A stretch of DNA of 64,000 nt from Ptychomitrium polyphyllum (lineage: Eukaryota), in contig OZ316776.1 in NCBI GenBank assembly GCA_973851085.1, forward strand, positions 3,596,001-3,660,000. The letters run 5' to 3'. A program made the translations under genes and the position numbers. Below the pieces are notes generated by a model. It did not search any database. It saw nothing but the letters and a program-made list of their open reading frames with translations, and was not told the origin of the DNA. Below, one piece after another: positions 39,087 to 51,103 of the stretch (position 1 is the stretch's first letter; each line of letters opens with the position of its first letter).

Positions 39087-41915
39087 AAATGAAAAAGATT
39101 ATTTTTAGATGCCTTCACAAAGCAAACCTTGGAAAGAAGAAATAAAAGAAAAGACACCAAAATTTCTTTATGAGCACAATATATTAGCCAATTCCTTTTT
39201 GATAGAGTTCACAAGCATCAATTGTTTGTAATGGCCTATTAGCCACCCCTTAATTTAGGATTCAAATTATAATGTTTATATTTGCAAAAGTATTAATATA
39301 TTATAATTCCATGAATCAAGTCACTTATAGTTTTTCTTATAATCAAAAGTGATGGTTTCAATTCATATTGACAAAGATAAATTTACACAAAATTGTCATC
39401 TTTTACATTTTTTTTTTAATATTGTACATATCATCTTAAACTATGTTAAAATTGGTATTTAATGTCAAATAACATTTATTATTGTAATTAATTTATAAAG
39501 TGCCTTATTATTTAATCAAAAGCATATTTTGTATTTGATATTAATAATATTATTTCAACAACTTGTATTAATCTTGTTGGTGAATTAGTATTATAAATAT
39601 AATCTTCACAGTCATATAAAAGTCAAATAAAAATAAAAATATAATTATTTTTAATTTAGCTTATTATTTTTGATAAATAAACATATTATTGAATTTTACA
39701 TATTATAAAAACCTCCAAGATTTCAATATTTACTAAAGTTTTTAATTATTATCTAAAAGTAAATTTTTTGATCTTGAAGTCATATAATTATATAGGTATA
39801 AATTCAATAAAAAAATAAAATTGGCTATTGAAACATATTTAAACTTTTTAATTGGCTACAAAATGGATGATTAATTTTTGAGATGCTAAAAAGTCTTTGG
39901 TATGTTGCTTTTTGTATTGTATTAAATTTTGTTATTATTGAGAATATTGGTGTATCCATTGATATGATTGTTTGAATTAAATATAATTTGATAATTGTAA
40001 AACAATACTATTTCATTCTTTATAAATCATACTAATTTGGCCCAATTTTCTTATAGTTTGGAATGATAACATATGTTTTACAAATTCAATAGGTAGTGTA
40101 TTTTATATTGAGGTAATATATTAATAATATTTGAATTTATAACAAAATTCTTTGCTATATCAAAAATATCAAAATTATAAATTTTTAAATTTGAAATGCA
40201 ATCTTAAAAAGCTAAATATGTATTTAATATAAAACTTAAAATCCAAGAATTATTAAAACAAGTATGATTGCTATCACATCAAAGATGTAATAGCATATAA
40301 TGCAAATTTTTGTATAATTGTAAATTATAAATGTAAGAAAAAAATTAATTCATAAGTGCAAACGGATAGATAGATGGACAAACAAATAGACTTCAAAGAA
40401 CTATAGGTCTCTTGTATACTACATACATAAACTTAAAATTAAAGAATATTTATATTTAGAAATACAATTTTGTTTATTAATTTAAAAAAAACAAAATAAA
40501 AAATAAAAAATAATTTTATAGAAGCATTTAATTCACTATATAAATAAAGTCATAAAGGAAGAAAAACGTTAAAAATTCCTATTGGAATATGATAAATTTA
40601 ATCCAATAAATTATTACAACTTCAGGCAAAACAACAATTAATCCTTGAAACTTCTTGCAATATATTTCTTATAAAATTATTTGGATGATCTTTTCACAAT
40701 AAGATTTTTATTATAAACAAAAGTGTCAAATTCATATTATTCTATTCAAATGGAAGCATCTCTTATAAATTTGGAAATTTAGATTCCATTTAAGAGTCTA
40801 AATTCAGTACAAACCTTATTAAATTTGACAATGATAATAAATTTTCATAACTTTTAGTTTATAATTAATTAATTAATTAAAACAAACTAAACCCATTTCA
40901 TGTATTTATATGGATTACTACACAAAAAAGGCTATATGCAATATTTGATAAACTAATGGATGTGTTATATACAAATATTAGGTGGTTCAAGCATTACTTA
41001 TTTCACTGCAATAAGTATTAACTCAAAGAAGCCAAGTTCCTTAAATGACCTCATTGAAACTTTGAGCTACCCATCTTATTTGAACAACCCATCTTACAAG
41101 TTTGATGGAAGATGGGACGAGCAACCTGAATGCAAATATGTCATTGAGATTTCTGCAGTGGAGTCAAATAAGCTTAGAAATAAAATTTATTCCACTTCAA
41201 CCATAAAAGTTTAAGCCGAATTCCTTCATTTACTCACAGGAACTCTAATCACCTCTGGATTGTCTTTCAGAATCATCCAACACTACTTCAACCGAAGTCA
41301 TAAGCTGTATTTGAACCCCCTCCTGTTCCTACACATCATGCGTTCAGATTGACGACCATCCTTCTAGTTTGCTTAGGAAGTCACTTATGAAGTCAAAAGA
41401 CGATGCATATTCACTGCACATATTCTTTTGGCTCCTCAGCAGTCCAGTCTTTACAGCTGGATTATCATGTTTCAATCCAAGCCACCACAATCGATTCACC
41501 AGAAGGGTTATCTCTCTCTGTGCAACGTTCTCAGAATCCAAAATCGGCCAGCAAAACTAGATAGAGAACGATACATCACTACCTCCCAAACAGGCTAAAG
41601 TAGCAATACATGAAAGTAATGAATTACAGGAGGCTTGTGAGGCACACGTACTTGAAGATACGAAAAAATGTATTACTCATAATCAAATACTTAATTGATG
41701 GGCTGTTCAGCGCCGTCTAACTTCTTTCCATGTTCAGTCGTTGAAGTGTTGATCATTTTTCTGTATGTTGAAGCGTTTCCTATCGAGGTACAACGGCTCT
41801 CTAGTAGTGATTTGGAGTCTAGGAGCGGTACCAAGAAGTTTTAGCAGCAAGGTTTCAGACGAGACTACAAAGACTTTCTGCAAGAGTTGTACAAAAAAGA
41901 GACTACCTAGCGATT

Positions 41916-43478
41916 TCAACTCCGAGGAGCCTGGGCAGCTGCTCGCATCTTCGCCTGCAACACCATACTAATCTGCTCTGCTGCATTTTGTTTTCCCCCA
42001 GCCACCTGCAGTTGGAAGTAAAACCACGTAAGCAAAGGCCTGTACATTCTACGGTGGAGAAAGTATCACCTCTCTAATCCAATAATATTCTATTATGATA
42101 TTAGCAACAATTTTGGCTATCTTCACTCTCCTACACACTTTGGAAAACATACCATACAAATTATAGCCTAACCTCACAACACATCGTGAGGATAGAGAAA
42201 GGTTCCATATAGAATCTTATGAAAATTGGCCTAGCAATTTCAGAAGGAATTTTTTTCTATAATAACAATGAAAAGGATAGACAGGCAAATAAAACTGAAT
42301 TTACGTCGACGGAAATATCAGAGGATACACACCTCCACCAGCTTTTGATGATTTTCTTTCAAAAATTTGATCTTCCGCTCACAGTAGTCCTTCCCGTCAG
42401 GCAAGCTTTTCTGTCATTGTGGCAACATTCAGCAGGCTCCCTTTTCAAAATCCTCTCATGCTCACTATTCAACAGATATGCAACATCCACCGCAAGATCT
42501 CAGTTAGCAATCGAAATATATGTCCAAAGTTTGAGATTCTTCGACATACCTCAATAAAGTAGCCGGTACCTACATCTACTAATACATTGTCCGTATTTGC
42601 CAGTGTGCCTGGCGCATACAGCGAAGCTGTCAAAGGGACCAACATCTTCTTTCCTGCAAACGCACCAGATCAACAAGAAATATAGGAAGACGCTAGTAAG
42701 TTCATAAACCCTAGACCTTGCATGAAACAATAACCCTAAAAATGACTGTTTTATGATACAATTCAATCTTTCTTCAGCACGTTGCTTAAACCATTGCAGC
42801 GTGAACCAAAATGGCATCATATAGTCGCCTTAACTTGCAACCAGCACATATCCAAAAAACTTCGGTTTATTTCTCTCAAAAACTACCTTCACAGAAAGAT
42901 CAGAAACAACATTGTGCTGATTCAATTATCACTGCAAATCCCACAAAATCCTAAACTAGTGAGCCTACAAAACTGCGAGAGTCTTCATGATGGTCAGATG
43001 ATAGCCATCGAAACAGAAACAGGCCACAAGACCTTCTTCTTCGAAAGCGAGTCATCGATCAACGCTTTCACAGACCCCGAAAACAGAAAGCACTGCAACA
43101 GAAACGGATTACAGAAAAGCTGATCCCCATAACCATCACCTCCACTCACCCCACACCTAATGATCGAAAACAGAAGCCCCAGAAAATCCATCACGAGAAC
43201 ATTCGAGTATCCACCCCGTTGCAAGAACAGAGAAGAGATTCCTGAATGCACAGCGACGATCATCTGCCAAAAGAGGAAGCCCCAACCCTACCCGGGGGCT
43301 GCTGAGACAGCATGTTGAGAGCCTTGGACGCCATCTCGAAGCGATTGGCGGCAGTGCGGATGTTCGTCAGGCTGTCCTGCAGCACGGAGACTTCCCCATC
43401 GACCTGCTCCTTCACTTGTCGCAGCTGCTCCACGCTCAGCTTGCTGATTTCCTCCACCATTGCCTCCGGGGTCGCCAT
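41916..43478 (-). CDS. PFD5: Prefoldin subunit 5 (alpha type), 4 exons
   Basis: [30 protein letters not shown]...|[53 protein letters not shown]...|VAGGKQ...APRS*. The LVPLTxSLY and LVDxGTGYF hallmarks are present. Confidence 0.95.
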
Positions 43479-43933
43479 CGCACCGGGTTACCACCTCGCC
43501 TGCTTGCTCGAGCTCTCTCTCTCCCCCTCCCTCTCGCCTGTCTCTCTCAAAACACAAACCAGAAATTGTCATCTCTCTCGCCTTGCTTCTTCACGTCGCT
43601 TGTGTTGGCCCCGGGTATGATCTTTCCACCGGATATCAACCATCCGAGAGCAAGAGAGAGCAGTGAGCGAGTAACAAAGACACAAGTTCTGCAGCGAAGC
43701 AGGGGCTTCGAAGTTCGGAGTGCAGTGGGGGCTGCGGTGCAGCAATCGGGAAGGCTTTTCTTGCACTTGGGGGTAGTTTTTCCAGAGGAAGAGCGTTTTG
43801 GGGATCTCGGAGGACTTGCACTCTTGGGAGAGGAGATCCGGTAGATTTGTGTGTGTGGGTTGTGCTGGTGGGAAGGTAGGGGAGAGGAGAGGACGGCAGG
43901 GAAGGATTTGGGTGCAGGGTTGGAGCTGGAGCG

Positions 43934-46911
43934 ATGATTCTACTGGAAGGGCCCTCGCGGGTTCTGCAACAAATCTTTCAGAATCGCCTTCGCAAGTGAG
44001 TGCTATTCTCAGAGGATGTGTTCTTCTTGTAAATTTCTTTGCTGTTCCTCGGTCTTGATTAGGGTTTGCGGTGAGGATGTGAGGAACTGGATCTGAGAGG
44101 ATCGGTTGCGGGTCTACTTAGATCCTCATCATAATGTAAGTGGGATTCTTGTCTTGTGTGTATCGGATCTGTAGATGTTGCTATCTTGTTCTGGCTGTAG
44201 TCACCATGAGCACGGACTTTCACATACGAAGTATAAAGTGTCTATGATCCTTGGCGAACTCATTAGCAACAGCAAGTAATGAGAGCATAGTTTTTGTAAT
44301 TCGCTTCTTGAACTTTTGAGGTGGAGGATATGGAGGTTTTGGTATTTGAATTTTCTTGGTTCAACTCATTTGATGAGCTTCATTATACAGACGTATGCCT
44401 TGGTCGCACATTAATTTCACTGAGGTCATGTTGTTCTTCGTAGTATGGAGAAGCCGGCAGAGGTTGACTTTCATCTCATAGAATTCGATGACATTCGGTT
44501 TCACGTTCAGGTTGGTGATTTCAGTATCTTTAGATTTGGATCTCTGAATTACAAATGCATTGACTGAGCAGTTTGAAGCTACTCATTCTTAAGAAAAAAG
44601 ATCGTTTAGCGGTTATTTAGCATGTTGAGCAGAATTTTAGGTTATTTTCTTTGAAAAATGTAAGAAGTTCGAGGCTATTTGTGTGCAGGCTTCAGCAAAG
44701 GATCCTCAGCACATACTCCTCTCAATAGCAGTACCTCCCCCTCCACCTGAAACCGTTTTCTATGGAGGTCTTCCTTTTGGTGCATTGGAGGCTGTGAAAG
44801 CGGCATATGGATCTCTCGTACAAGTCATCGAGCCCCCAGAGTCCGGGTTTCACCTCACTATTCAAATAGATGTTACGAGACTGGCAGCATCTGAAGGTGC
44901 TCCTTTGTACCAACATTCACTGTTTTAGTTGTTGATTATTTTTGATGAAACCTCAATCATATCGCTTGTAGTTGACCACTTGCTTGTTGTTCACGTGACA
45001 TTGACCACTTTTTCTGAACAATCGATTATTTCCGTGACACACCAAACTGAAACTAGCAGTAGACGGATTCTTGGCTATTCTATCTAGCAACCTGATTTTG
45101 AGTTACTACTCGTAATTCGTAATTCATATCCTAACTAATCTGACTCTGTCGTCACATCTTGATCTATGGCAGCCGAAAGAGTGCAGCAGATGACCAAGCT
45201 AGCTTCCCTGCGGACTGTCGTACTTGGGGCACCGCTTCGTGTCATCCTCAAGCATTTAGGCAATAGAATGGTAGCTCCAGATGCAGATAATCTTGTTGCT
45301 TTGATGCACCGGCCGAAACAGTCTTACTTTCTGATTCCACAAGTAAGTGCGTGTTGGTTGCAATGATTCACTTTACCTTGTTAAAACTTTTTGCAAGGTG
45401 CAAATATATCATAGTGGTCTTGGTAGTAGCAACTTTTTACACCCTATGACTGATGCTGATGTTACCTTTGTGTTGCGGTTTGCAGCCTGAAAAGGTGACG
45501 GTTGTGTTTCCCATGCGATATAAGGACAACAATGACGTGGTTCTTGCCACATCATTCTTGCAGGTTGCTGTCAGATTTTTGATTAGCAATGTATTGCAGT
45601 GTATTACATATGATAATTTTTGATTATCATATGTATTGCAGTGTTTGTACTAGACATCCCAGTTACCGTATCGTAAATTCCCAATACTCTCTGCTCTCCA
45701 TGTACCTTATTCAAAATCACTCTAGATGTCTGTGAAGGAACTCATCTTTTGCTATGATCATTTATAGAATCTCATCACTTAGCAGAGCCTCTGCTTCTTC
45801 AATCAAAACTAATTTGAACAAGTACAACGCAGCACTTTGGACCACTTTTTGTATCATGTAAGTCTGTTAACAGTGTGTTCATTTTAAAGTGGGTGGAGTG
45901 ATCCCAAGCAGGCAACTCTAGGCTACGATGCATTCCACTTACATTTGCACAGGGTGGTGTTGGCAGGAGTTTATGGAGGCGAGGCGCTCAGCAGGACTGA
46001 GTACAGCACCACCTTGCTTATGGGCTCCTACCCCACCTCTTGAGCTAAAAGGAGCTCCTGCGCATGCTTTGGATGCCAATTCTGGATTTGTCTCCTTTGG
46101 TGCAATCTCGCCACCTTGACTTGAAGCTTGGCAGCTTATTTCGTACAAACGATCCTGTACTAGTCGTCAATTCATGTCATTTACTTTCTGGTAAGAAAAT
46201 TCTGTCATTTCATCAATGCTTTCATGCTTCCTTGCAGTGATATTTTCGCGGCATGTTGAGGGTGAGAAGCTGGATAGAATTGTATGGAACCTATCAACCT
46301 TCTATGCTTACGTCAGTTATCATATCAAGGTACGTGTCTTGAAAGCGTTTGCAGGAGTTTATTCAGTTTGGACTTGTTTTGTATGAAAATTCATGAATAC
46401 TTCAGTCATGACATTCTTAAACATGAGGTGATTATAATGTTTTTTTGCATCTGTCTGTGTTATAACGTTTTCCTGTGAAGCATCGTTGATAGGATGTATT
46501 GTGGGTTTTCTATAAATTGTGCTGAAGATCCTACTTTCTGGGGTTTTTGCTCGTCTCTGAGAAGATTTTCGAAGCTCAATCACAATGCTTGCTTTGTCTG
46601 CAGTGTTCGAAAGCGTTCATGCATACTCGAATGAGAAGACGAGTAAACACACTTATTCAGGTATTTTAGAAAGTAGATGTTGTATGACCTTAGCTATTGG
46701 GTTCATCAAAATGAATTGTGAAATGTTTTGGAGAATACCATACTTTTTACACATGCAGTGAATAGTTTCCCTTTTGCGTATATCAGTGGTAGATCACCAT
46801 GCCTCATTAAAATTGGGTTGCTGTTCTCTTCAGGCACTGGAAAAGGCGAAGTTGGAAGTTGAGAAGCAGAAGAAAACTGCCCAAGGTCGAAGTTTCAAGC
46901 GGCCAGTATAA
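43934..46911 (+). CDS. ARPC2: Arp2/3 complex subunit 2 (p34-Arc), 9 exons
   Basis: MILLEGPSRVL..., IEFDDIRFHVQ, GLPFGALEAVKAAYG, LRTVVLGAPLR, KVTVVFPM...LATSFLQEFMEARR, APPCLW, GFVSFVIFSRHV, TFYAYVSYHIKCSKAFMHTRMRRRV, GRSFKRPV*. Confidence 0.96.
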
Positions 46912-48178
46912 TCAAAGGACATTCTGTGAACATTATTAGAGTATGTGGTTGTTATTTCACTAGACGTCCCTGATATGTGCGAGTCAGTTGGGGACCAAAA
47001 ATATGGTGATGTTGTGAAGGAAGTTGTGAAGCCCTGGGTTGTGCAATTCTTTGATGTTTGAGATGTCGAAATTAGCCAAGCAGCTGCGGATGCCGTAATT
47101 TCATGATCGAAATTTTGATATCTACATTTATCCACGATGAAGCTGTTACATGCCAACTCATAAATTCCAGAAAGCGGAACTTTGTACATCATGTGTCTGG
47201 TTGCATACGCGTTGCCTGGGTTATTTCGTTACATCCAGTTTCTGACTTCAATTGGAGCTTCTGTTTCTGTTGAATGTATCATCAATGGGATGGAATCGTT
47301 CCTGCTTGAAGCTTGCAAGATCTTGCTGGTGGTGGCGGAGTCAGACCTGATTCTTACCTCCTTGTTACCTTCACTTATTCGTAGTCTTCCAGGCCGGCAT
47401 TTGCAACTTCAAACCTCTTCTAGCTCGCCATTTATAGCACTTCCCACTGCCTTATCGTTAAACGCTAGCCACTCCCAAACTAAGAGTATTTGAGGTGATT
47501 CAAATTGATTTTACAGCAAGGTCATTGCAATCTTCACGAGTTGAGGGAAAAAAACAGCCACAAGCCGTTGGACTCAAGCTTCAACTTGCGTCAGTTGCAG
47601 TAATAAAAAAAGTGAAAACTCGAAAGCACACAAACTCTGAGGTATGGGGTATCTGAAACCCGTTTTTATACCCAAAGCTTACGATTTTGGTAGATTTGGG
47701 AGAACAGGTTGCAAATATCTAGTAGATAATAACAATTTTGTGTATAATAGCGTCTTGAGAGTTGTCCGTAGTTAGATGTTGGATTGAAAGCGTGCATGGT
47801 TATGTTGCTAGAGATAGTGGTAATTGATTTGTGGTAGCAAGCAGGAAGCTGAAACCCTGATACGGAATTGTGACCGCAATCTGCTGCAAAATGCACCCCA
47901 GCTGTAACTCAAGCAATCATTCTGAGTTTAGTTCTAACACCATTATTTCAAAAATCCTCTAGAGCTAATGCTTATGTGTGTTATGCTCATGTGTGCGCTG
48001 TTCGGGAAGAAACAGTGAATACCAGAGAAGAACTAGAGGGGATCGAGCAAAAATATCATTTTGGGCTCTCTTCACTTGCGGGCTCTCGACATTGGAAGCC
48101 TTCACAGGTGTGTATTTCATCTCGAGCTTATAAACCTCGTTTCGGTAGCCTTTGCTAGAGCATTAATCCGCTTCCTTC

Positions 48179-48180
<2 letters not shown>

Positions 48181-48234
<54 letters not shown>
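48181..48234. repeat. (GTT)18 microsatellite
   Basis: Read directly. Confidence 0.97.
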
Positions 48235-48235
<1 letters not shown>

Positions 48236-48524
48236 TTGTTTTGTAATGGTGTTGTGAATTGATGGGCTCTTTTAAAAATCAAAGTGGTATTCATTGAGCA
48301 CATATGTACGTCGTCGATTCAATTTTTGGAAATTGTAATGCATTCTGCTCTCTGCTAGGTGTAATAGTAGACTATTTGGGGTTATCTGTCTCAATGAGGT
48401 TCTTCTCCTACACTGGATTTTGATATTAGGGGTTCAGGTTTGATAGCTGCTTGCCAATTTTGAGTTACTCCCCTTGGATAAGGTGGAAGAGTAGCCTAAT
48501 TTGATGTAATGCATTCCTTTTGGG

Positions 48525-48657
48525 GCATGATTTGAAACATATTTCAAGTTGCATTGCATGATTTGAAACATATTTCAAGTTGCATTGCATGATTTGAAAC
48601 ATATTTCAAGTTGCATTGCATGATTTGAAACATATTTCAAGTTGCATTGCATGATTT
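48525..48657. repeat. 31-bp perfect tandem repeat x4.3 with internal palindrome
   Basis: Unit GCATGATTTGAAACATATTTCAAGTTGCATT, containing the stem-loop TTGAAA-CATA-TTTCAA. No spacers between units. Confidence 0.95.
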
Positions 48658-48899
48658 TATGAATACAGGTTTTCGAGGAAATGGCGCCGCCAAGGAAAAG
48701 CCAACCAATTGGGGCCAGTCAAGGAAAAATCGCTCAGTTGAGTCATTGAATCCTCCCCCTTCCCTCTTGTTGCTCATATTTGGTTTGCTGCTTACGTTTG
48801 GATGTTCTACTCAAGGCAAGGCGTGCTTTCGTGGCCGGATTTTGTAAGGTCTTCGAGCCTCATCATGAGGTTTCTGAGAGTTTAGAGTCATCCTCCCTA

Positions 48900-49830
48900 G
48901 GAACCTTGACCTTTGTGGGTTTACACTCGTCGTGGCGCTAGCACTGGGGAGGAGAGTGTGATGACATCCCAGCCTCTACAGCCTAAGATGGTAGTCATTG
49001 ATGACTCCTATGACGAAGTAGTCTGCCCTGCAACAATAAGGGATCAAATCCTTTACGGTGGCAGCAGCACACGGAATGTCCGAAGTATAAAAGGAAGATG
49101 AGGTATTCCGATATCAAGGAGCTTTATGAAGGAACAATTGAGGAGCCCTTGAGGCTTACAGAAAATGAGATCGCAGTTCGGCGTCTGAGGGACCTTGGTT
49201 TTTGAATTCCCAATTATGTTGGTCAAGTTCTAAAGGTGAAACGCCAAAAGGAGTCTTTGAGTCGCAGTGCTTATAAGATATTAAGTGAATCCATGGCACT
49301 TATGGAAGGGGACAAGCTTGCCGGAGTCATAATTTTTTATTTCTTCTCTTTGAAAAACTCTGTTAAAATGGCACATCACATAGACAACTTGACCATTACC
49401 GGTGGCGTGGTGGGGAAATTTGAGAAGCTCAAGGGAGGAGATGTGGAGGTCTCTGGAGCTAGGGATGCCTATGGCAACTTTGGCCGCTAGAGCCAAGGGG
49501 ATATGATTTTGGGGGGCAGTCTACTAGGTGCAAATCCACTGGCAAGGTTTTTTGGATTATTATGACACTTTTGTACCTCGGACAGTCTACATTAGGTTCA
49601 AATCACAATTGGCCGGTATTGCTTTGGGAATTGAAACCTTGAAGCTGAAGATCCTAGCCGGCACTATGCACCCCTTTCACTACTATGGATCCGCCCGCAA
49701 CTTATATGTTGCTGACCACAAAGATAAATGGGATACTGAGTATAGGTTAATTGCTTGTGTGAGAAAGACCACGCAATCAACTCAAGCAAGGCTTATCAAA
49801 GAAGTTTGTTTCATCTGAAGGTTATTGGCT
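48900..49830 (+). pseudogene. Possible decayed coding remnant (TE ORF or pseudogene), identity unknown
   Basis: Consecutive same-strand intronless ORF pieces (48913-49101, 49236-49490, 49528-49818) with protein-like composition, separated by stops or frameshifts. No firm motif. Confidence 0.3.
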
Positions 49831-51103
49831 TTGTTTTGAACCAGCTGATGCTTAGCATGGGGACAAGAGGCAACAAGATGTTGTGCGTGGAGTGAAGGGA
49901 GGGTTTCGTATGGCGGGAGGTGCTAGATGAGGTGCTGATAGTGTAGGAGTGCAATGCAGCTGACGAGCCTCGGGCTAAGCAACAATTTATCATGTTTACG
50001 CATGTGACGATGGAGTCAGATAAGTATATTTGCGTGCGGGAGGCGTCGCCTCAAATGTCCTTTATTTAAGGCACTACCGACGAATTGTAGTTAAGTTGTC
50101 ACTTATTTGAACAAATCATATGGATATAGATTTATATGGATATGGCTGTAGACTCATTGTCAACCACAAGATATTTTCAAAACGCAATGCACTGCAGTCT
50201 CAGTCTCAAACTGTACTCCTGAAGTTGTGAGTAGTTTGGTTGTAAACTTTCTAATTAACGTGCAATGAAACCTATGTCTAACCTTGAAGCCAAAGTAGAA
50301 GTTATGTGTTGGCAGTGAGGATCACAACCTTACAACCTCTTGAGTGTTCATTCAACAATAATTCCTGTCTTGGTATCTAAAACATATATTTGTTCTGATC
50401 TCTTGAGTTTAGACCTATTTCATAAAAAATCTCTGCTCTAAGGTACTATTTAAATGATTTGGGCGAAATAATTTCCTAATTGTATCGTAATAAAATTGAA
50501 TTCCAGTAACATTGAATCTACTATATCGTGAAGTCAAAGATAAAGGACCAAAGGTTCAAAGTTAAGAGTAACGATCTCCGTACTAAAGGCTTCGGAGACA
50601 ACCGATTGTCGCCTTGTGATGTCTTTAGCGCTTCATTAAATTGCAACTCACAAGTGCTAGTTAAAGAAATATCTTGACTAGCTCTGGAGGGCACAATTTA
50701 GCATGGACTTGGTTACTCACGAATCAACATCCTTACATCATCAAGGGCTAATCAAAAGGCAAAACTTTACAAAATCTAAGAATTTTAGACATCCTTTACA
50801 AGAAGCTAGTTGTACAAGGACAGTCACATTAGAAATAGAAAACTAGTGAGTCAAGATCTTCGTTGCACTTTCTGTCAAAGAATAATGTACAAATTACATC
50901 CCCACTTTTACTCCTACAATCCCCGTTCCGCTTCAGAAGGTAGAGTTCCACAAGCCGTAGAGTCACTAAGACAAAGAAACCTAGTTGCTTGCTCTATGAT
51001 TTTGCAAATTTACTGTGAAGAATTAGAATTCTATTGAAACAAGCTACGCAGCAAGGTCAAAATTATACAGAGTCAGATCTCCGAAGGTACGAAGGCCGTA
51101 GGA

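Noticed and set aside
41344..41560. Short ORFs downstream of PFD5
   Set aside because: No homology recognised and no consistent exon chain. Likely 3' UTR or intergenic.
48061..48246. ORF with a poly-Val tract
   Set aside because: An artefact of the (GTT)18 microsatellite.
48525..48657. CRISPR-like palindromic repeat of about 30 bp
   Set aside because: Units are directly adjacent with no spacers, there are no cas genes, and the context is eukaryotic.
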